A stretch of DNA of 64,000 nucleotides from an uncultured delta proteobacterium (GTDB lineage Bacteria; Myxococcota; Myxococcia; Myxococcales; Myxococcaceae): positions 96,001 to 160,000 of the forward strand of contig CAVZMH010000016.1 in the NCBI GenBank assembly GCA_963776345.1. The letters run 5' to 3'. Position numbers and translations under genes: made by a program. Within the stretch, counting starts at the first letter, position 1. The number at the start of each line of letters is the position of its first letter. The notes beneath the pieces are model-generated. The model was not told the origin of the DNA and ran no database searches. It saw only the letters and a list, made by a program, of their open reading frames with translations. This document shows, piece after piece, positions 22,002 through 34,511 of this stretch.

Positions 22002-22480
22002 GCCCGTGGCGAATCTCCCCCGCTGATGGCCCGCTGGCAGGAGTCGCAGAACCCGTAGAGCTCCATCTTGTGCGAGTTGACCTGGAACCCGTGCTGGCGC
22101 GCGACCTTGTCCTGGAGCGCCTCGATGCGGTCGTTCTCGAACTCGACGATGGTCCCGCACCGGGTGCAGATGAGGTGGTCGTGGTGGTGGCGGCCCACCG
22201 CGGGCTCGTAGCGGGTCTGCCCGTCGCCGAAGTTCCGGGCATGGGCCAGGCCGCAGTCGTGCAGGAGCTTCATCGTCCGGTACACCGTGGCCACGGAGAC
22301 CCGCGCGTCGTGCTCGCGCACCTTGGCCCAGAGCTCCTCCACCGACAGGTGCCCACCGAGGGCGAAGAACGTGTCGATGATCAGGCTCCGCTGACGGGTG
22401 CTCTTGAGCCCGTGCTCGGCCATGTAGCGGCTGAGGACCTCCGATTTGTCGGGATGGTTCACGGGTAGCGCCGTCTCCAC
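21998..22480 (-). CDS. fur: Fur-family transcriptional regulator
   Basis: GLKSTRQR, HLSVEEL, VSVATVYRT, HHHDHLICTRCG, CDSC. Confidence 0.93.
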   Translation of the reverse strand: METALPVNHPDKSEVLSRYMAEHGLKSTRQRSLIIDTFFALGGHLSVEELWAKVREHDARVSVATVYRTMKLLHDCGLAHARNFGDGQTRYEPAVGRHHHDHLICTRCGTIVEFENDRIEALQDKVARQHGFQVNSHKMELYGFCDSCQRAISGGDSPRA

Positions 22481-23049
22481 GCATCCACCGCCCCCGGGGC
22501 GTCCGGCGACCCGAGGTCCACCCCCGTCAGCCGGACGAGGGACGCGTGCGCCTGGGCGCGCACGGTGGGGTCCGGGTCGGACAGGGCCTGGACCAGAGCG
22601 GGAACATACCCCCGTCCCTCGGGGCGGTAGCGCGCCACCTCGGCGGCGAGCGCCCGCAGCCGCGGGTCCGGATCCGCCAGCGCCTGTCCCAGCGCGGTTG
22701 CGGCAGGGACGTACGGGGCTCGCGACGACGGGAGCAGCAGGAGCAGCACCACCACCGCCAGGCCCACCTGGAAAAACGCCTTGCTGGCCGGGTACTTGCG
22801 GGCGCTGGCCAGCCCGAACCGGTAGACCGCGAAGCAGCCCACGAAGACCGCGAAGACGAAGGGCGTGACCCGCTCGAGCGGAATGGGCAGCCGGCCCGGG
22901 AAGCTGCGGCCGAAGAAGGCCAGGCCGGCGGAGGCGAGCAGCAGGACGTACAGCGTCACCCCGAGCCCGGGGCCCAGGCGGAGCCCACCCACGGAAGGGG
23001 CAGGGACTTGCGAACCGGCCCCGCTGCTTAGATTGTGTTCCGGAGTCAT
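22459..23049 (-). CDS. Membrane protein with C-terminal HEAT repeats
   Basis: Three TM segments, then ALADPDPRLR and ALSDPDPTVR HEAT-like repeats. Confidence 0.75.
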   Translation of the reverse strand: MTPEHNLSSGAGSQVPAPSVGGLRLGPGLGVTLYVLLLASAGLAFFGRSFPGRLPIPLERVTPFVFAVFVGCFAVYRFGLASARKYPASKAFFQVGLAVVVLLLLLPSSRAPYVPAATALGQALADPDPRLRALAAEVARYRPEGRGYVPALVQALSDPDPTVRAQAHASLVRLTGVDLGSPDAPGAVDAWRRRYP

Positions 23050-23104
23050 CGAAACCGACCGTGGCGGCCGCCCCGGGATGCTACTGGTTCCATCCGACCC
23101 CTTC

Positions 23105-24307
23105 ATGGCGTCCTGGGAACGCAAACGCCAGCCTGACGACGTGCCCACCCCCGTGGCCGTTGCCGTCTCCGACTTCTGTCGGCGCGCCGGAGCACCGGCG
23201 TCTCCGCGCGCCGTGCGCGAGGCCCTGTCCGTGCTGGCGGAGTCGGACGACTTCCGGGTCCGCGCGGTGACGGACGCCGAGCCGCCCGTTCGCCCGCTCG
23301 GCCCCTTCGCGGTGGTGGACCTGGCGCGCGGCACCGCGGCGGACACCGCCGGGCTCCGGGAGCGTTCGGGGTACTACGCGCTGGTCGAGGAGCTCCTCGC
23401 GCTGAAGGACACCCGGGTGTCCGCGGCCGTCAACGGCGAGTCGGGTCTGGTCGGAGCGCCGGTTCCGCCCGCCGCCTCGGCACTGGCTGCACTGGATGCC
23501 CGCGCTGCCGAGCCCGCACCGCCGTCCGCCCCGGACCGGGCGGCGGACGCGCGTGCCTCGCCCGTGACGCGCACGGCTCACGGGGAGGCCGGCCCGCCCC
23601 CCTCCGTGGCCGAGCGCATCGCCCCGCGACGCCGGGCGGCCCAGGCCCCGGCCCCGCCCCGCGGACGCTTCACCCAGGTGGAGACCCAGCGCGCGCCGCT
23701 CGAGTCGCTGGAGGGGCCCGGGGGACGCGGCACGCTGGCGAATCTCCTGGCCCAGCACGGGCACCGCCCCGCGCTGCTCCGCGCGCTCGCCCAGGGCTAC
23801 GTCGGACGTCGCGGAACGGATCCGTCCGCATCCGAGCTCGACGCGATCCTCACCCAGCAGGGCCTGCTGGAGTCGGTGGAGGCCAGCGAGCGGGAGCTCG
23901 TCCTCTCGGCGCTCTCGGAGCAGCGGGGCGCGCTCGGCCGGGTGGCGTGGGCGCTCGACCTCCGCGGTCCGGAGCTCACGTCGCTCATCGCGACCCTCGG
24001 GCTCGGCCTCGAGGTGGACCGGGTCCGCGAGCGCTTCCGCCGCGAGGCGCTGGCGCCCGGGAGCTGGACGGTCCGGCTCGACCTGTTCGGGCGGCGCAAG
24101 TACCTCGAGGACCTCGGCGTGGAGCGCGACTTCGAGGACCGCCTCCGCGGCGACCTCACCCGCGAGCTCCACGCGCTCGGCGCCGACGGCCAAGACGCCC
24201 CGGCCGCGCTGGCGCGACGCCTCGCGGTCTCGCCCACCCTCGTCACCCGCGCGCTCGAACGGCTCGGACTCCTTCCCGGGGCCAACGCCTCGACCACCCT
24301 CCCCTAG
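23105..24307 (+). CDS. Hypothetical protein, helical with Fis/HTH-like segments
   Basis: Long ORF with high-GC codon pattern filling the gap; ERELVLSALSEQRGALGRVAWAL resembles a Fis-type HTH. Start may be 23078. Confidence 0.7.
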   Translation: MASWERKRQPDDVPTPVAVAVSDFCRRAGAPASPRAVREALSVLAESDDFRVRAVTDAEPPVRPLGPFAVVDLARGTAADTAGLRERSGYYALVEELLALKDTRVSAAVNGESGLVGAPVPPAASALAALDARAAEPAPPSAPDRAADARASPVTRTAHGEAGPPPSVAERIAPRRRAAQAPAPPRGRFTQVETQRAPLESLEGPGGRGTLANLLAQHGHRPALLRALAQGYVGRRGTDPSASELDAILTQQGLLESVEASERELVLSALSEQRGALGRVAWALDLRGPELTSLIATLGLGLEVDRVRERFRREALAPGSWTVRLDLFGRRKYLEDLGVERDFEDRLRGDLTRELHALGADGQDAPAALARRLAVSPTLVTRALERLGLLPGANASTTLP

Positions 24308-24316
24308 ACACCCGCC

Positions 24317-24682
24317 ATGCCGATCTACGAATACGAATGCAGCCAGTGCCACCAGACCTCGGACGCTCTGCAGAAGGTGAACGACCCCGCTCCGGAGGCC
24401 TGCCCGCACTGCGGCGCCCAGCACACCCTCTCCCGCCTGGTCAGCCGGACCAGCTTCGTGCTGAAGGGCGGCGGGTGGCACGCGGACCTCTACTCGTCGA
24501 GCAAGGCCAAGCCGTCCGAGGGCGGCGAGTCGAAGCCCGCGGCCAAGTCCGAGAGCTCCACGGCCGCCCCGTCCTCGACCCCCGCGTCGACCAGCGGCGG
24601 AAGCTCGGGCTCGGGCTCCTCGGGCTCCTCGGGCAGCGGACCGGTGAACTCCGCCCCGAAGGTCGCCGCCGTCAAGGCGTGA
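24317..24682 (+). CDS. FmdB-family zinc-ribbon protein
   Basis: MPIYEYECSQC...CPHCG...FVLKGGGWHADLY with Ser-rich tail. Confidence 0.92.
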   Translation: MPIYEYECSQCHQTSDALQKVNDPAPEACPHCGAQHTLSRLVSRTSFVLKGGGWHADLYSSSKAKPSEGGESKPAAKSESSTAAPSSTPASTSGGSSGSGSSGSSGSGPVNSAPKVAAVKA

Positions 24683-25389
24683 GCCGGCGCCGCCCCGCCG
24701 CCGTTCTCGGCCTCCTGCTCGCCGCCGTGGTGACCGGCTGCACCGGGCGCACCACGATGGGGATGGCCAGCCGCGAGGCGGTGCTGCGGGAGGTTCGCTC
24801 CGGTCCGCCGCGCTGGCTCGCGATCTCCTGCGTCCGGGTGCACCTGGACGCGAGCCCGGGCGTCACCTTCCTCCTCGGCGGGCCGCTCGAGGAGCAGGAG
24901 CCCCGCTGGCCGGGTCGGAGCGAGGGAGTCCTCCCCGCGGGCACGCCGGTGGAGCTGCTCGACGTCTCCTTTCCGGGGGCGGAGGCGCGCGCGATTCGCC
25001 CCGAGGGGACGCCACGGGACCAGGTCTGGGTCCACCTCGGCCTGCCCGGCGGCTCCACCGCCATCCTCCCGCTCCCCGACCAGGCCCGCTCCGAGCAGGA
25101 GTTCTGGGGCGTGTTCGGGCAGTGGGTGACGCGGCTGGACCCGGCGCTCCAGACGGCAGGCTGGAACGACGCGGTCATCGAGGCCGTCCGCAGCCGGCAC
25201 ACCGTCACCGAGATGCCGGAGGCGGCGGTGGTCGCTGCCTGGGGCCCGCCGAGCCGGAAGGAGCAGCGGTTCGAGGCGGGGGCGCGCCGCGAGACCTGGA
25301 CCTGGCCCGGAGGGTCGCGCCGGGCGGAGCTGCTCGATGGACAGCTCGTCGAGTCGCGCGCGCCGGACGCTAGCGGAACCGTCCCCTGA
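24679..25389 (+). CDS. Hypothetical lipoprotein (C-terminal BamE/SmpA-like motif)
   Basis: LLLAAVVTGC lipobox; EMPEAAVVAAWGPP...ETWTW. Confidence 0.7.
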   Translation: MSRRRPAAVLGLLLAAVVTGCTGRTTMGMASREAVLREVRSGPPRWLAISCVRVHLDASPGVTFLLGGPLEEQEPRWPGRSEGVLPAGTPVELLDVSFPGAEARAIRPEGTPRDQVWVHLGLPGGSTAILPLPDQARSEQEFWGVFGQWVTRLDPALQTAGWNDAVIEAVRSRHTVTEMPEAAVVAAWGPPSRKEQRFEAGARRETWTWPGGSRRAELLDGQLVESRAPDASGTVP

Positions 25390-26092
25390 AGCCGCCCTTC
25401 TTCTTCCGGCTCCGCTCCTGCTCGCGGGCCTCTCCGGGCCGGCCGAGCCGGGGCAGCTCGCCCACCATCACCGGCCAGTAGGCCTTCCCGCGGAGCGCCG
25501 CGAGGAGGTCTTCCTGGCTGGTGAGCCGGTCCCGGAAGAAGGTGGCGCCGCGGCCCACCTCGTCCAGCGTCAGCCTGGCGTCGCTCCCACCCACGCAGGG
25601 GAGCCCGAGCTTCTCCGCCGCCTCGACCGCGAGGTCGTTCGCCGGCTGGCTCACCCGGGCGTTGTAGCCCTCGATGGCCGACAGCCCGCCGATGCTCAGC
25701 ACCTGGTCCAGTGCCGGGGCGGGGACGTCCCGGTCGTAGGGCCGCGCGGCCACCACCAGCGCCCCGAGAGAGAGCACCTTGGGGATGCACTCCGCGGCGC
25801 TCCAGGGCTTCTCCCGGTTGCTGCCCCAGAGCTGCACCGGCTCGGGCGCCTCCTCGGGACGGGGGAAGAAGCAGAGAAACTGCCCCCGGTCGGTGACCAG
25901 CTCCAGCCCCACGAAGATGCAGAGCGGGGTCTTCGGCCGGAGGTCGAGCAGCTCGTCGCAGCCGTCCTGGGTGTTGGTCTCGGTGAACGCCACCCCCTCG
26001 AGGCCGAGCGAGGCGGCCCGCTCGAGCACGGCGCGGGGGTCGAGGTCGCATCCCTTGGTGAGGTGCGAGTGGACGTGGAGGTCGATCAGCAT
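25370..26092 (-). CDS. PHP-domain protein
   Basis: IDLHVHS, GLE, IEGYN, GGSDA. Several canonical His ligands appear replaced (TET for TDH, SDAR for SDAH). Confidence 0.85.
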   Translation of the reverse strand: MLIDLHVHSHLTKGCDLDPRAVLERAASLGLEGVAFTETNTQDGCDELLDLRPKTPLCIFVGLELVTDRGQFLCFFPRPEEAPEPVQLWGSNREKPWSAAECIPKVLSLGALVVAARPYDRDVPAPALDQVLSIGGLSAIEGYNARVSQPANDLAVEAAEKLGLPCVGGSDARLTLDEVGRGATFFRDRLTSQEDLLAALRGKAYWPVMVGELPRLGRPGEAREQERSRKKKGGFRGRFR

Positions 26093-26273
26093 GGTCGCAG
26101 GAGGGCCGCGGCTAGCACGGACGGCATCGTGCGGTCGAGCCGTCCGGGGTCGCGTCGCCGGACCCGAGGGCGATCGGGCGCGGTGCTCCCCTGGCGCCGC
26201 CGTCCTTTGACACCCATTCTGCCTGCATGCCATACAGCCAGGCGGGCGGCGGTCCCGGAGAGGGGTTCGGCGC

Positions 26274-26477
26274 ATGTTCACGGGCGTGAAGGTGTTCTCC
26301 GCCACGAAGGCGCGGGAGCGCGAGGAGCTGGGCGAGAACGTCACCCGCTGGCTCAAGAGCAACGCCGACCTCGAGGTCGTGGATCGGGTCGTCTGCCAGT
26401 CGAGCGACAACGAGTTCCACTGCTTCTCGCTGGTGCTCTTCTACCGCGAGGCGAAGCCCCGGCCCCAGGAGCCCTGA
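26274..26477 (+). CDS. Small hypothetical protein (67 aa)
   Basis: RBS-like GAGAGGGG upstream; compact beta-alpha-beta-beta pattern KVFSATKAREREELGE...QSSDNEFHC. Confidence 0.75.
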   Translation: MFTGVKVFSATKAREREELGENVTRWLKSNADLEVVDRVVCQSSDNEFHCFSLVLFYREAKPRPQEP

Positions 26478-26481
26478 GGGC

Positions 26482-29216
26482 TCACGGCACAGATCGAAGA
26501 AGTAGGACCACTTCACCTGGAACGTGTCCACCGTCGGGCCGGGTCCAAGCCGCAGCGGAGTGAGCCCGGAGGTGGGAGTCTGCTCCGGCTGGAGCCCGAG
26601 CGTGCTCTGGCTCCGGACGTAGACCAGGTAGAACACCGAGCCGAGCCGGTACTCCCAGCGGAAGACGACGTTGATGTTCAGCGCCGCCTCGTGGAAGTCC
26701 GGGTTGCTGACCCCCGGGGGTAGCCCGGACAGCGGGGTCAGTGAGTTCATCGAGATCTGCTCTCCGGTGCGGGCGTTCGCCCAGAAGTACGCCGGGTGAT
26801 GTCCGCCCGCAGAGAAGAGCTGGGCGTAGACCTGGAGCGTCAGCCGGGGCGTGAAGATGAACGACTGCCGGAGGGTCAGCGAGAGGTTCTCGACGTCCCG
26901 CTGGCCGAAGAGAAAGGTGTTGCGCTCGGGGGAGTCCACGCCGGCAGCGCTGCAGTAGCCCTGCCAGCACTGGATGTAGCGCGCCCCGAGCGGGATGGCG
27001 TCGTACTTGCCCGTGAGCTGCGTCTCCCACCAGGTCCAGGGGCGGATGAGCAGGGTGAGATCCCCTCCCCCGCCGAGCTGAGCCGGCACCGGGCCCTGGG
27101 CGAAGCCGTCGAGCAGATACACCTCGCCGCTCAGCACCACCTTGCGCTTCGGATCGGTGTTCCCGAAGAGGTACGCGCCGACCGAGCCCCGGCGCTCGAA
27201 GGGGACCCCGTACCCGCGCACCTCGCGCACGTCGTACCGGGGGAGCTCCCAGCTCAGGTCGAGGCCGATGCTCTGGAACCCCGCGAGGGTGACCAACCCC
27301 TCCACCCCGGTGCGCCGGGCACGCGTCGTCCAGGCGCCGTCCGCAGTCCACGCGCCCTGGAGCCAGGCGCTGAGCTGCAGTTCGTGCAGCGCCCCGATGT
27401 CCCGGCTCCGGTAGTACTTGAGGTCGAGCTCCGCACCCTGCTCGTTCTGGGTCGCCAGGAAGCCCACCGCGTTCAGGTCGAGCCGGGGCGAGGCGTACCG
27501 GTAGGCCACGTTCCAGCGGAAGCCCTCGCCGCCGTACTTCCCGGCGAAGAGGTAGCCGCCGGCGCCGAGGTCTCCGGGGTGCATCACCGTGCCGTCGTAC
27601 TGCACGTCGTTCGCGGGCCCCCCGATGCGCCGGCTCGCGTTGACCGCGGCGATGGCCAGCCACTCGCCGTCCGACGAGCGAAGGTTCATGTCCAGGCCGG
27701 CGGTCGTCCCGCCGTACGCCTGGCAGTCGTTCACCCCGGTCTGTGGATCGAACAGGATCGGGTCCGCCGAGTTCACCCGGATCGCCGTGGGGAGCGCGGC
27801 CTGGAGCTCCTTCTGGTGCTCGATCTGGGCCTGGGTGCACCGCGGACCGAGCGGGTTGGCCGAGGTGACAGTCGCCCCGACGGTCGAGGCGGAGAGCACC
27901 GATTGCCGGAGCACCGCGGCCAGGTAGTTCCGCGGGACGGGCGGCGCGGCCGGGAGCTCGCCGGCGAGGCCAAGATGGAACGGCCGCTGCACGGCGTAGA
28001 GCGCGTGGCGATCGGGGCTTTGCTCGACCTGGTGCACCCAAGCGTCGTCGGCGGCCGGCGACTCGAGGTAGGCGACGTCGGCCTTGCCGGGGTCCGCGAC
28101 GCCGGTGACCACCGCGTCCAGGATCCCGAGGTCGAGGCCCTTCCACCCGGTGCCGGTCAATTTGGCCGCGGCGAGGATGGGCGCGTCCAGGCCGATCCGC
28201 CGGCTGTAGAAGAGCCGCTGCGGGGCGCCGTACTCGTCGCCCACCGGCTGGAAGAGGTCCAGCCCCTCGGTGAAGAAGGGGCGCTTCTCCGGGAAGAAGA
28301 GCTCCTGGTTGCTGACATTGAGCACCACCTGGTCGGCCTCGACCTGTCCGAAGTCCGGATTGAGCGCGGCGACGAGCGTCAGGTCGGAGGCGAGCGCGGC
28401 CCGCAGGTCAAGCCCCACGTCCGCCGACGGGTAGCTCAGCCGGGGCTGGGGCGTCGCGGGGTCGGTGTACTGCGGCCGGAAGGTCAGCCGGGTGGTGGCG
28501 TAGGGCGTGAGCTGGAACGCGCGCCGCGGCACGACTCCCTCCAGCCCGGCGAGCGTCCCGAAGCGCGAGACGAGCCCGTTGGCGCTGCGCGGGATGAGCT
28601 GCGAGTCGAGGACCTGGTGGGTCCGGTACACGGTGCGCCGGACGAGGAAGCCCCACTCCTGCGTGGGCGCGCGGGGGAAGCGCAGGAGCTCCAGCGGAAT
28701 GGCGAGCTCGACGCTCCAGCCGTCCGGGAGCTCCGCCACCGCGGCGTCCCACACCCCGTCCCAGGTGTCGCTCAGGTTGACGTCGCCGTAGAGCAGCCCG
28801 TCGCGGAGCACCCCCGCGGCGTTGACCGCGAAGTAGGCCCCGCTGCGCCGGTCGTGGGTGGAGTCGATCGACACCTCCACCATGTCGCCGGTCAGGAGCG
28901 AGTCGCGACGCGCGAGCTGATGGACAATCTCGGAGGGATTTGGATCGTGGCACACCACCGACACGTAGAGCGTCCGGTCGTCGTACAGGACCCGCACCTC
29001 GGTGCGGAACTCCTCCGCGGCCGCGGCGCCCTCCCGCGGAAAGGACTCCAGGAACTCGGCGTAGACGGGCGCCCGCTTCCAGGCGAGCTCGTCCACCTTC
29101 CCGTCCAGATGCGGGGGGACGGGCGTGCGGGCGGCGCGGATGGGCCCCTGGGCGGCCCGCGCGGGGGTCAGCGAGGCGAGCGCGAGCCAGAGGAAGATCG
29201 CGGTTCGGAGTCGCAT
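26482..29216 (-). CDS. CBM9-like plus DUF5916 outer-membrane protein (3' end probably indel-shifted)
   Basis: Signal peptide; LDGKVDE, TEVRVLYD, WSVELAIP; LNPDFGQVEAD...FFPEKRPFF; ends with a beta-barrel-type KWSYFF. Confidence 0.85.
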
Positions 29217-29313
29217 CGCTCGGCCTGGAGACTATCCGCTGCCGGCCGGAATCCAGCGAAGGAGATCGCGCGTGCGCCCCGCGCGATCTCGCGCCTAGGC
29301 TCTGCGCGCGCCC

Positions 29314-31521
29314 ATGCTCCGCCCCCTCCTCCCCTCCTCCCTCCTGCTGCTCGCGGCGTGCGCCGACAGCCCCGCGCCGCGGCCGTCCTCACCGGCCGCT
29401 CACGCCGCCCCGGTCGAGGCCAGCGCCCGCGCTCCCGCCTCGGCGACCTCGCCCGACGGTCCGATGGTCCCGACTCCCGGGGGCGGAGCCGCGCCCGCCC
29501 CACCGGTCTCGACGGCGCTGGTGGACGTGCTGGTTCGCCTCCACGGCGAGGGCGCCCGGGCACGGGCCGAGCGCGGTGTCCGCCAACTCCTGGCCTTCTG
29601 GCGGCCCGAGGACGGTGGCCGGCAGGCCGTCGAGCAGTTCGTCACCTCGGCGTTCATCGCCGACCCTTCGCTTCTCGACCGGACGCGGACCCGGCTGGCC
29701 GAGGCCTTCGAGGCGGCGGACGGCCATCTCCTGGAGATCGGCCGGACCTGGCGCGCCGGCGCGGAGCTGGAGCGGGGCCCCGAGCTGCCCATCGACGCGC
29801 TGCTCGCCGCAACGGACCTCGGCGCGCACCTCCAGGACGACAGCTTCTCCTCCCGCATTGCCTTCACCGTGCTCCTGAACTGGCCCCTGGACACGCTGGA
29901 GGAGATGACCTCCCAGGGCCCCGGCTGGTCCCGGACGCGCTGGGCCGAGGCACGGCTCGCGGGCCGGTTCTCCACCCGCCCGTCGGGAGCGGCGCTGGCG
30001 GCCCGGGCGGAGGCCTCCGCTGCCGCCGAGGCGTACATCGCCGGCTACAACCTCTGGGCGCATCACCTGGTCGGAGGCGACGGGCAGCGGCCGTTCCCGA
30101 AGGGGAAGCGCCTGCTGAGCCACTGGAACCTGCGCGATCAGATCAAGGCCGACTACGCCGAGGGTCCGGCCGGGCTCGTCCGCCAGCGGCTCATGACCGC
30201 GGCGATCGAGCGCATCGTGGCCCAGGAGATTCCCCGGGCGGTCATCGACGATCCGCGCCTGGACTGGGACCCGGTGCGCAACGTGGTCACCGCGTCGCCC
30301 GAGGGCGAGGTCGAGCCGCGGCCGGCCGCGCAGACCGGTCAGGGGGTGGCCCCGCTCGCGATCAGCTCCGAGAGGGAGCCGGACACCCGCTACGCCCTGC
30401 TCCTCCGGAACTTCCAGGCCGCTCGCCGGACCGACCGCGACTCACCGTTCGCCCCCACCGAGATGGACCGGCGCTTCCGGCTCGACCACGAGATTCCCGA
30501 GGCGCGGTTCCGCGCGCTGCTCGAGTCCATCGTCACCTCGCCGCTGGTGCCGCGCGTCGCCGAGCTGATCCGCCAGCGGCTGGGCCGGCCGCTCGAGCCG
30601 CACGACCTCTGGTACGGCGGCTTCCTCGCCCGGGCCCGCTACCCGGAGGCCAAGCTCGACGCGCTCACCCGGAAGCGCTACCCCACCGCCGAGGCGTACG
30701 CGAAGGACATGCCGCGCCTGCTGCAGGGACTCGGCTTCACCCCGGCGAAGGCGAAGTGGCTCGCCGGGCGCATCGTGGTGGACCCCGCCCGCGGCTCCGG
30801 CCACGCGCTCCAGGCCGCCCGCCGCGGCGACCTCCCCCACCTGCGCACCCGCGTCGGGCCCACGGGCATGGACTACAAGGGCTACAACATCGCGGTCCAC
30901 GAGATGGGCCACACGGTGGAGCAGGTCTTCTCGCTCTACGAGGTGGACAGCACGCTGCTCGCCGGCGTTCCCGGCAACGCCTTCACCGAGGCGCTGGCGT
31001 TCACCTTCCAGGCCCGCGACCTCGAGCTGCTCGGCCTCGGCAAGCCGAGCGCCCGCGACGAGCGGCTCCGCACGCTCGCCGACTTCTGGGCCACCTGGGA
31101 GATCGCCGGCGTGGCGCTGCTGGACATGGGCATCTGGCACTGGATGTACGAGCACCCCGACGCGACGCCCGCCCAGCTCCGGGAGGCCGCGTTGGGCATC
31201 GCCCGGGACCTGTGGAACCGGCACTACGCGCCGGTGCTGGGCGGAAAGGACTCGGCCCTGCTCGGCATCTACTCGCACCTCATCGCGCCGTCGTTCCTGT
31301 ACCTGCCGGCCTACCCGCTGGGGCACCTCATCGCCTTCCAGCTCGAGGAGAAGCTCCGGGGCCCGAGGGCGGGCGCGGAGTTCGAGCGGGTGGCCTCGTT
31401 CGGCCGGGTGACCCCGGACTTCTGGATGGTCCACGCCACCGGCGCCCCGGTCTCCGCCGAGCCCCTGCTCCGCGCGGCCCAGGCGGCGCTCCGGGCCGAG
31501 ACCGCCGGCGACGGACGCTGA
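29314..31521 (+). CDS. Lipoprotein gluzincin zinc metallopeptidase (M2/M3/M32-like)
   Basis: LLLLAAC lipobox; HEMGH with downstream NAFTEALA (third ligand E); YPLGHL. Confidence 0.78.
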   Translation: MLRPLLPSSLLLLAACADSPAPRPSSPAAHAAPVEASARAPASATSPDGPMVPTPGGGAAPAPPVSTALVDVLVRLHGEGARARAERGVRQLLAFWRPEDGGRQAVEQFVTSAFIADPSLLDRTRTRLAEAFEAADGHLLEIGRTWRAGAELERGPELPIDALLAATDLGAHLQDDSFSSRIAFTVLLNWPLDTLEEMTSQGPGWSRTRWAEARLAGRFSTRPSGAALAARAEASAAAEAYIAGYNLWAHHLVGGDGQRPFPKGKRLLSHWNLRDQIKADYAEGPAGLVRQRLMTAAIERIVAQEIPRAVIDDPRLDWDPVRNVVTASPEGEVEPRPAAQTGQGVAPLAISSEREPDTRYALLLRNFQAARRTDRDSPFAPTEMDRRFRLDHEIPEARFRALLESIVTSPLVPRVAELIRQRLGRPLEPHDLWYGGFLARARYPEAKLDALTRKRYPTAEAYAKDMPRLLQGLGFTPAKAKWLAGRIVVDPARGSGHALQAARRGDLPHLRTRVGPTGMDYKGYNIAVHEMGHTVEQVFSLYEVDSTLLAGVPGNAFTEALAFTFQARDLELLGLGKPSARDERLRTLADFWATWEIAGVALLDMGIWHWMYEHPDATPAQLREAALGIARDLWNRHYAPVLGGKDSALLGIYSHLIAPSFLYLPAYPLGHLIAFQLEEKLRGPRAGAEFERVASFGRVTPDFWMVHATGAPVSAEPLLRAAQAALRAETAGDGR

Positions 31522-31527
31522 GCGACC

Positions 31528-33197
<1,670 letters not shown>

Positions 33198-33201
<4 letters not shown>

Positions 33202-34511
33202 ACGCCACGCTCGAGGAGCTCACCGCCTGGCTCGGGCAGCAGCGCTGGTTCGGCAGCAAGGGGGTCCCCATCACCAAGGTCGAGGTCCTGGAGCGGCTCC
33301 CCCTGCCCTCCACCGACGGCACGAGCGCCGAGGCGAGCGTGGTGCAGGTGAGCTATGTCCTTGGCACGCCGGAGCGCTATCTGGTGTTCCTCGAGCGGAC
33401 GGCGGACGGTCAGCTCCGCGACGCGCTCGAGGACCCGGCCGTCGCGCGCGCCGTCCTCGCCTTCGCCCGCGAGGGTCGCTCGGTCCCGGTCGGCACGGAC
33501 GTGGTCCGCAGCGAGCCCGTGGGCGACGGGGCGCGCATCCTCGGCGCGCTGCCCAGGGAGCCGTCGGTCCGGGCGCTGGGCGTGGAGCAGAGCAACACCA
33601 GCCTGGTGTTCGAGGAGAGGGTGTTGCTCAAGATCCTCCGCAAACTCGAGGTGGGCCGGTCGCCCGAGGTGGAGATGGGCCGCTTCCTGGCGACGCACGG
33701 CTACCAGGCCACCCCGCAGCTCCTGTCGGCGCTCACCCTCGAGGGCCCAAGTGCGAGCGAGGTGGCGCTGACCTACGCCTTCGTCCCCAACCAGGGCGAC
33801 GGGTGGGAATACCTCACCGCGGCGCTCCGGAGCGCGCCGGAGCCGGGGCCCGAAGTGCTGGACCGGCTCGAGCGGCTGGGCACGCGGGTGGGCGAGCTGC
33901 ACCGGGTGCTCGCCTCGGACCCGTCGGACCCGGCGTTCGCCCCGGAGCCCGTCCTCCTGGAGGACCTCCAGCGCTGGAGCAGCTCCATCGTCGGCGAGCT
34001 GGGGGTGACCCTGGCCAAGGCCGCCGAGCGGTTCCCCGGGCTGGCCGAGCGGCAGGACGCGCTCACCGGACGGGCGAAGGCGCTGGCCTCGCTCGCCCCA
34101 TCGGGGCAGAAGATCCGGCTGCATGGGGACCTCCATCTCGCGCAGGCGCTCTGGACGGGGGCCGACTGGATGGTGATCGACTTCGAGGGCGAGCCGGCCC
34201 GGCCGTTCGCCGCCCGGCGCGAGAAGCACACCCCGCTCCGGGACGTGGCGGGGATGCTCCGCTCGTTCGCCTATGCCGCGGCGGTGGAGCTGCCCCCGGA
34301 GAGGCGGCGGCGCGCGGTGGCCTCGGCGCGCACGGCCTTCCTCCAGGGGTGGCGCACTGCGGTCGAGGGCACGGGGCTCCTGCCGGCCAGCGAGGCGGAC
34401 ACCCGGGTGATGCTCGACGTGCTCGAGCTGGAGAAGACGCTCTACGAGCTGCGCTACGAGCTGCAGATGCGGCCCGACTGGGCACACATCCCGGCCGAGG
34501 CGCTCGCGTGA
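33198..34511 (+). CDS. mak: Maltokinase (Pep2/Mak)
   Basis: [43 protein letters not shown]. Confidence 0.93.
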
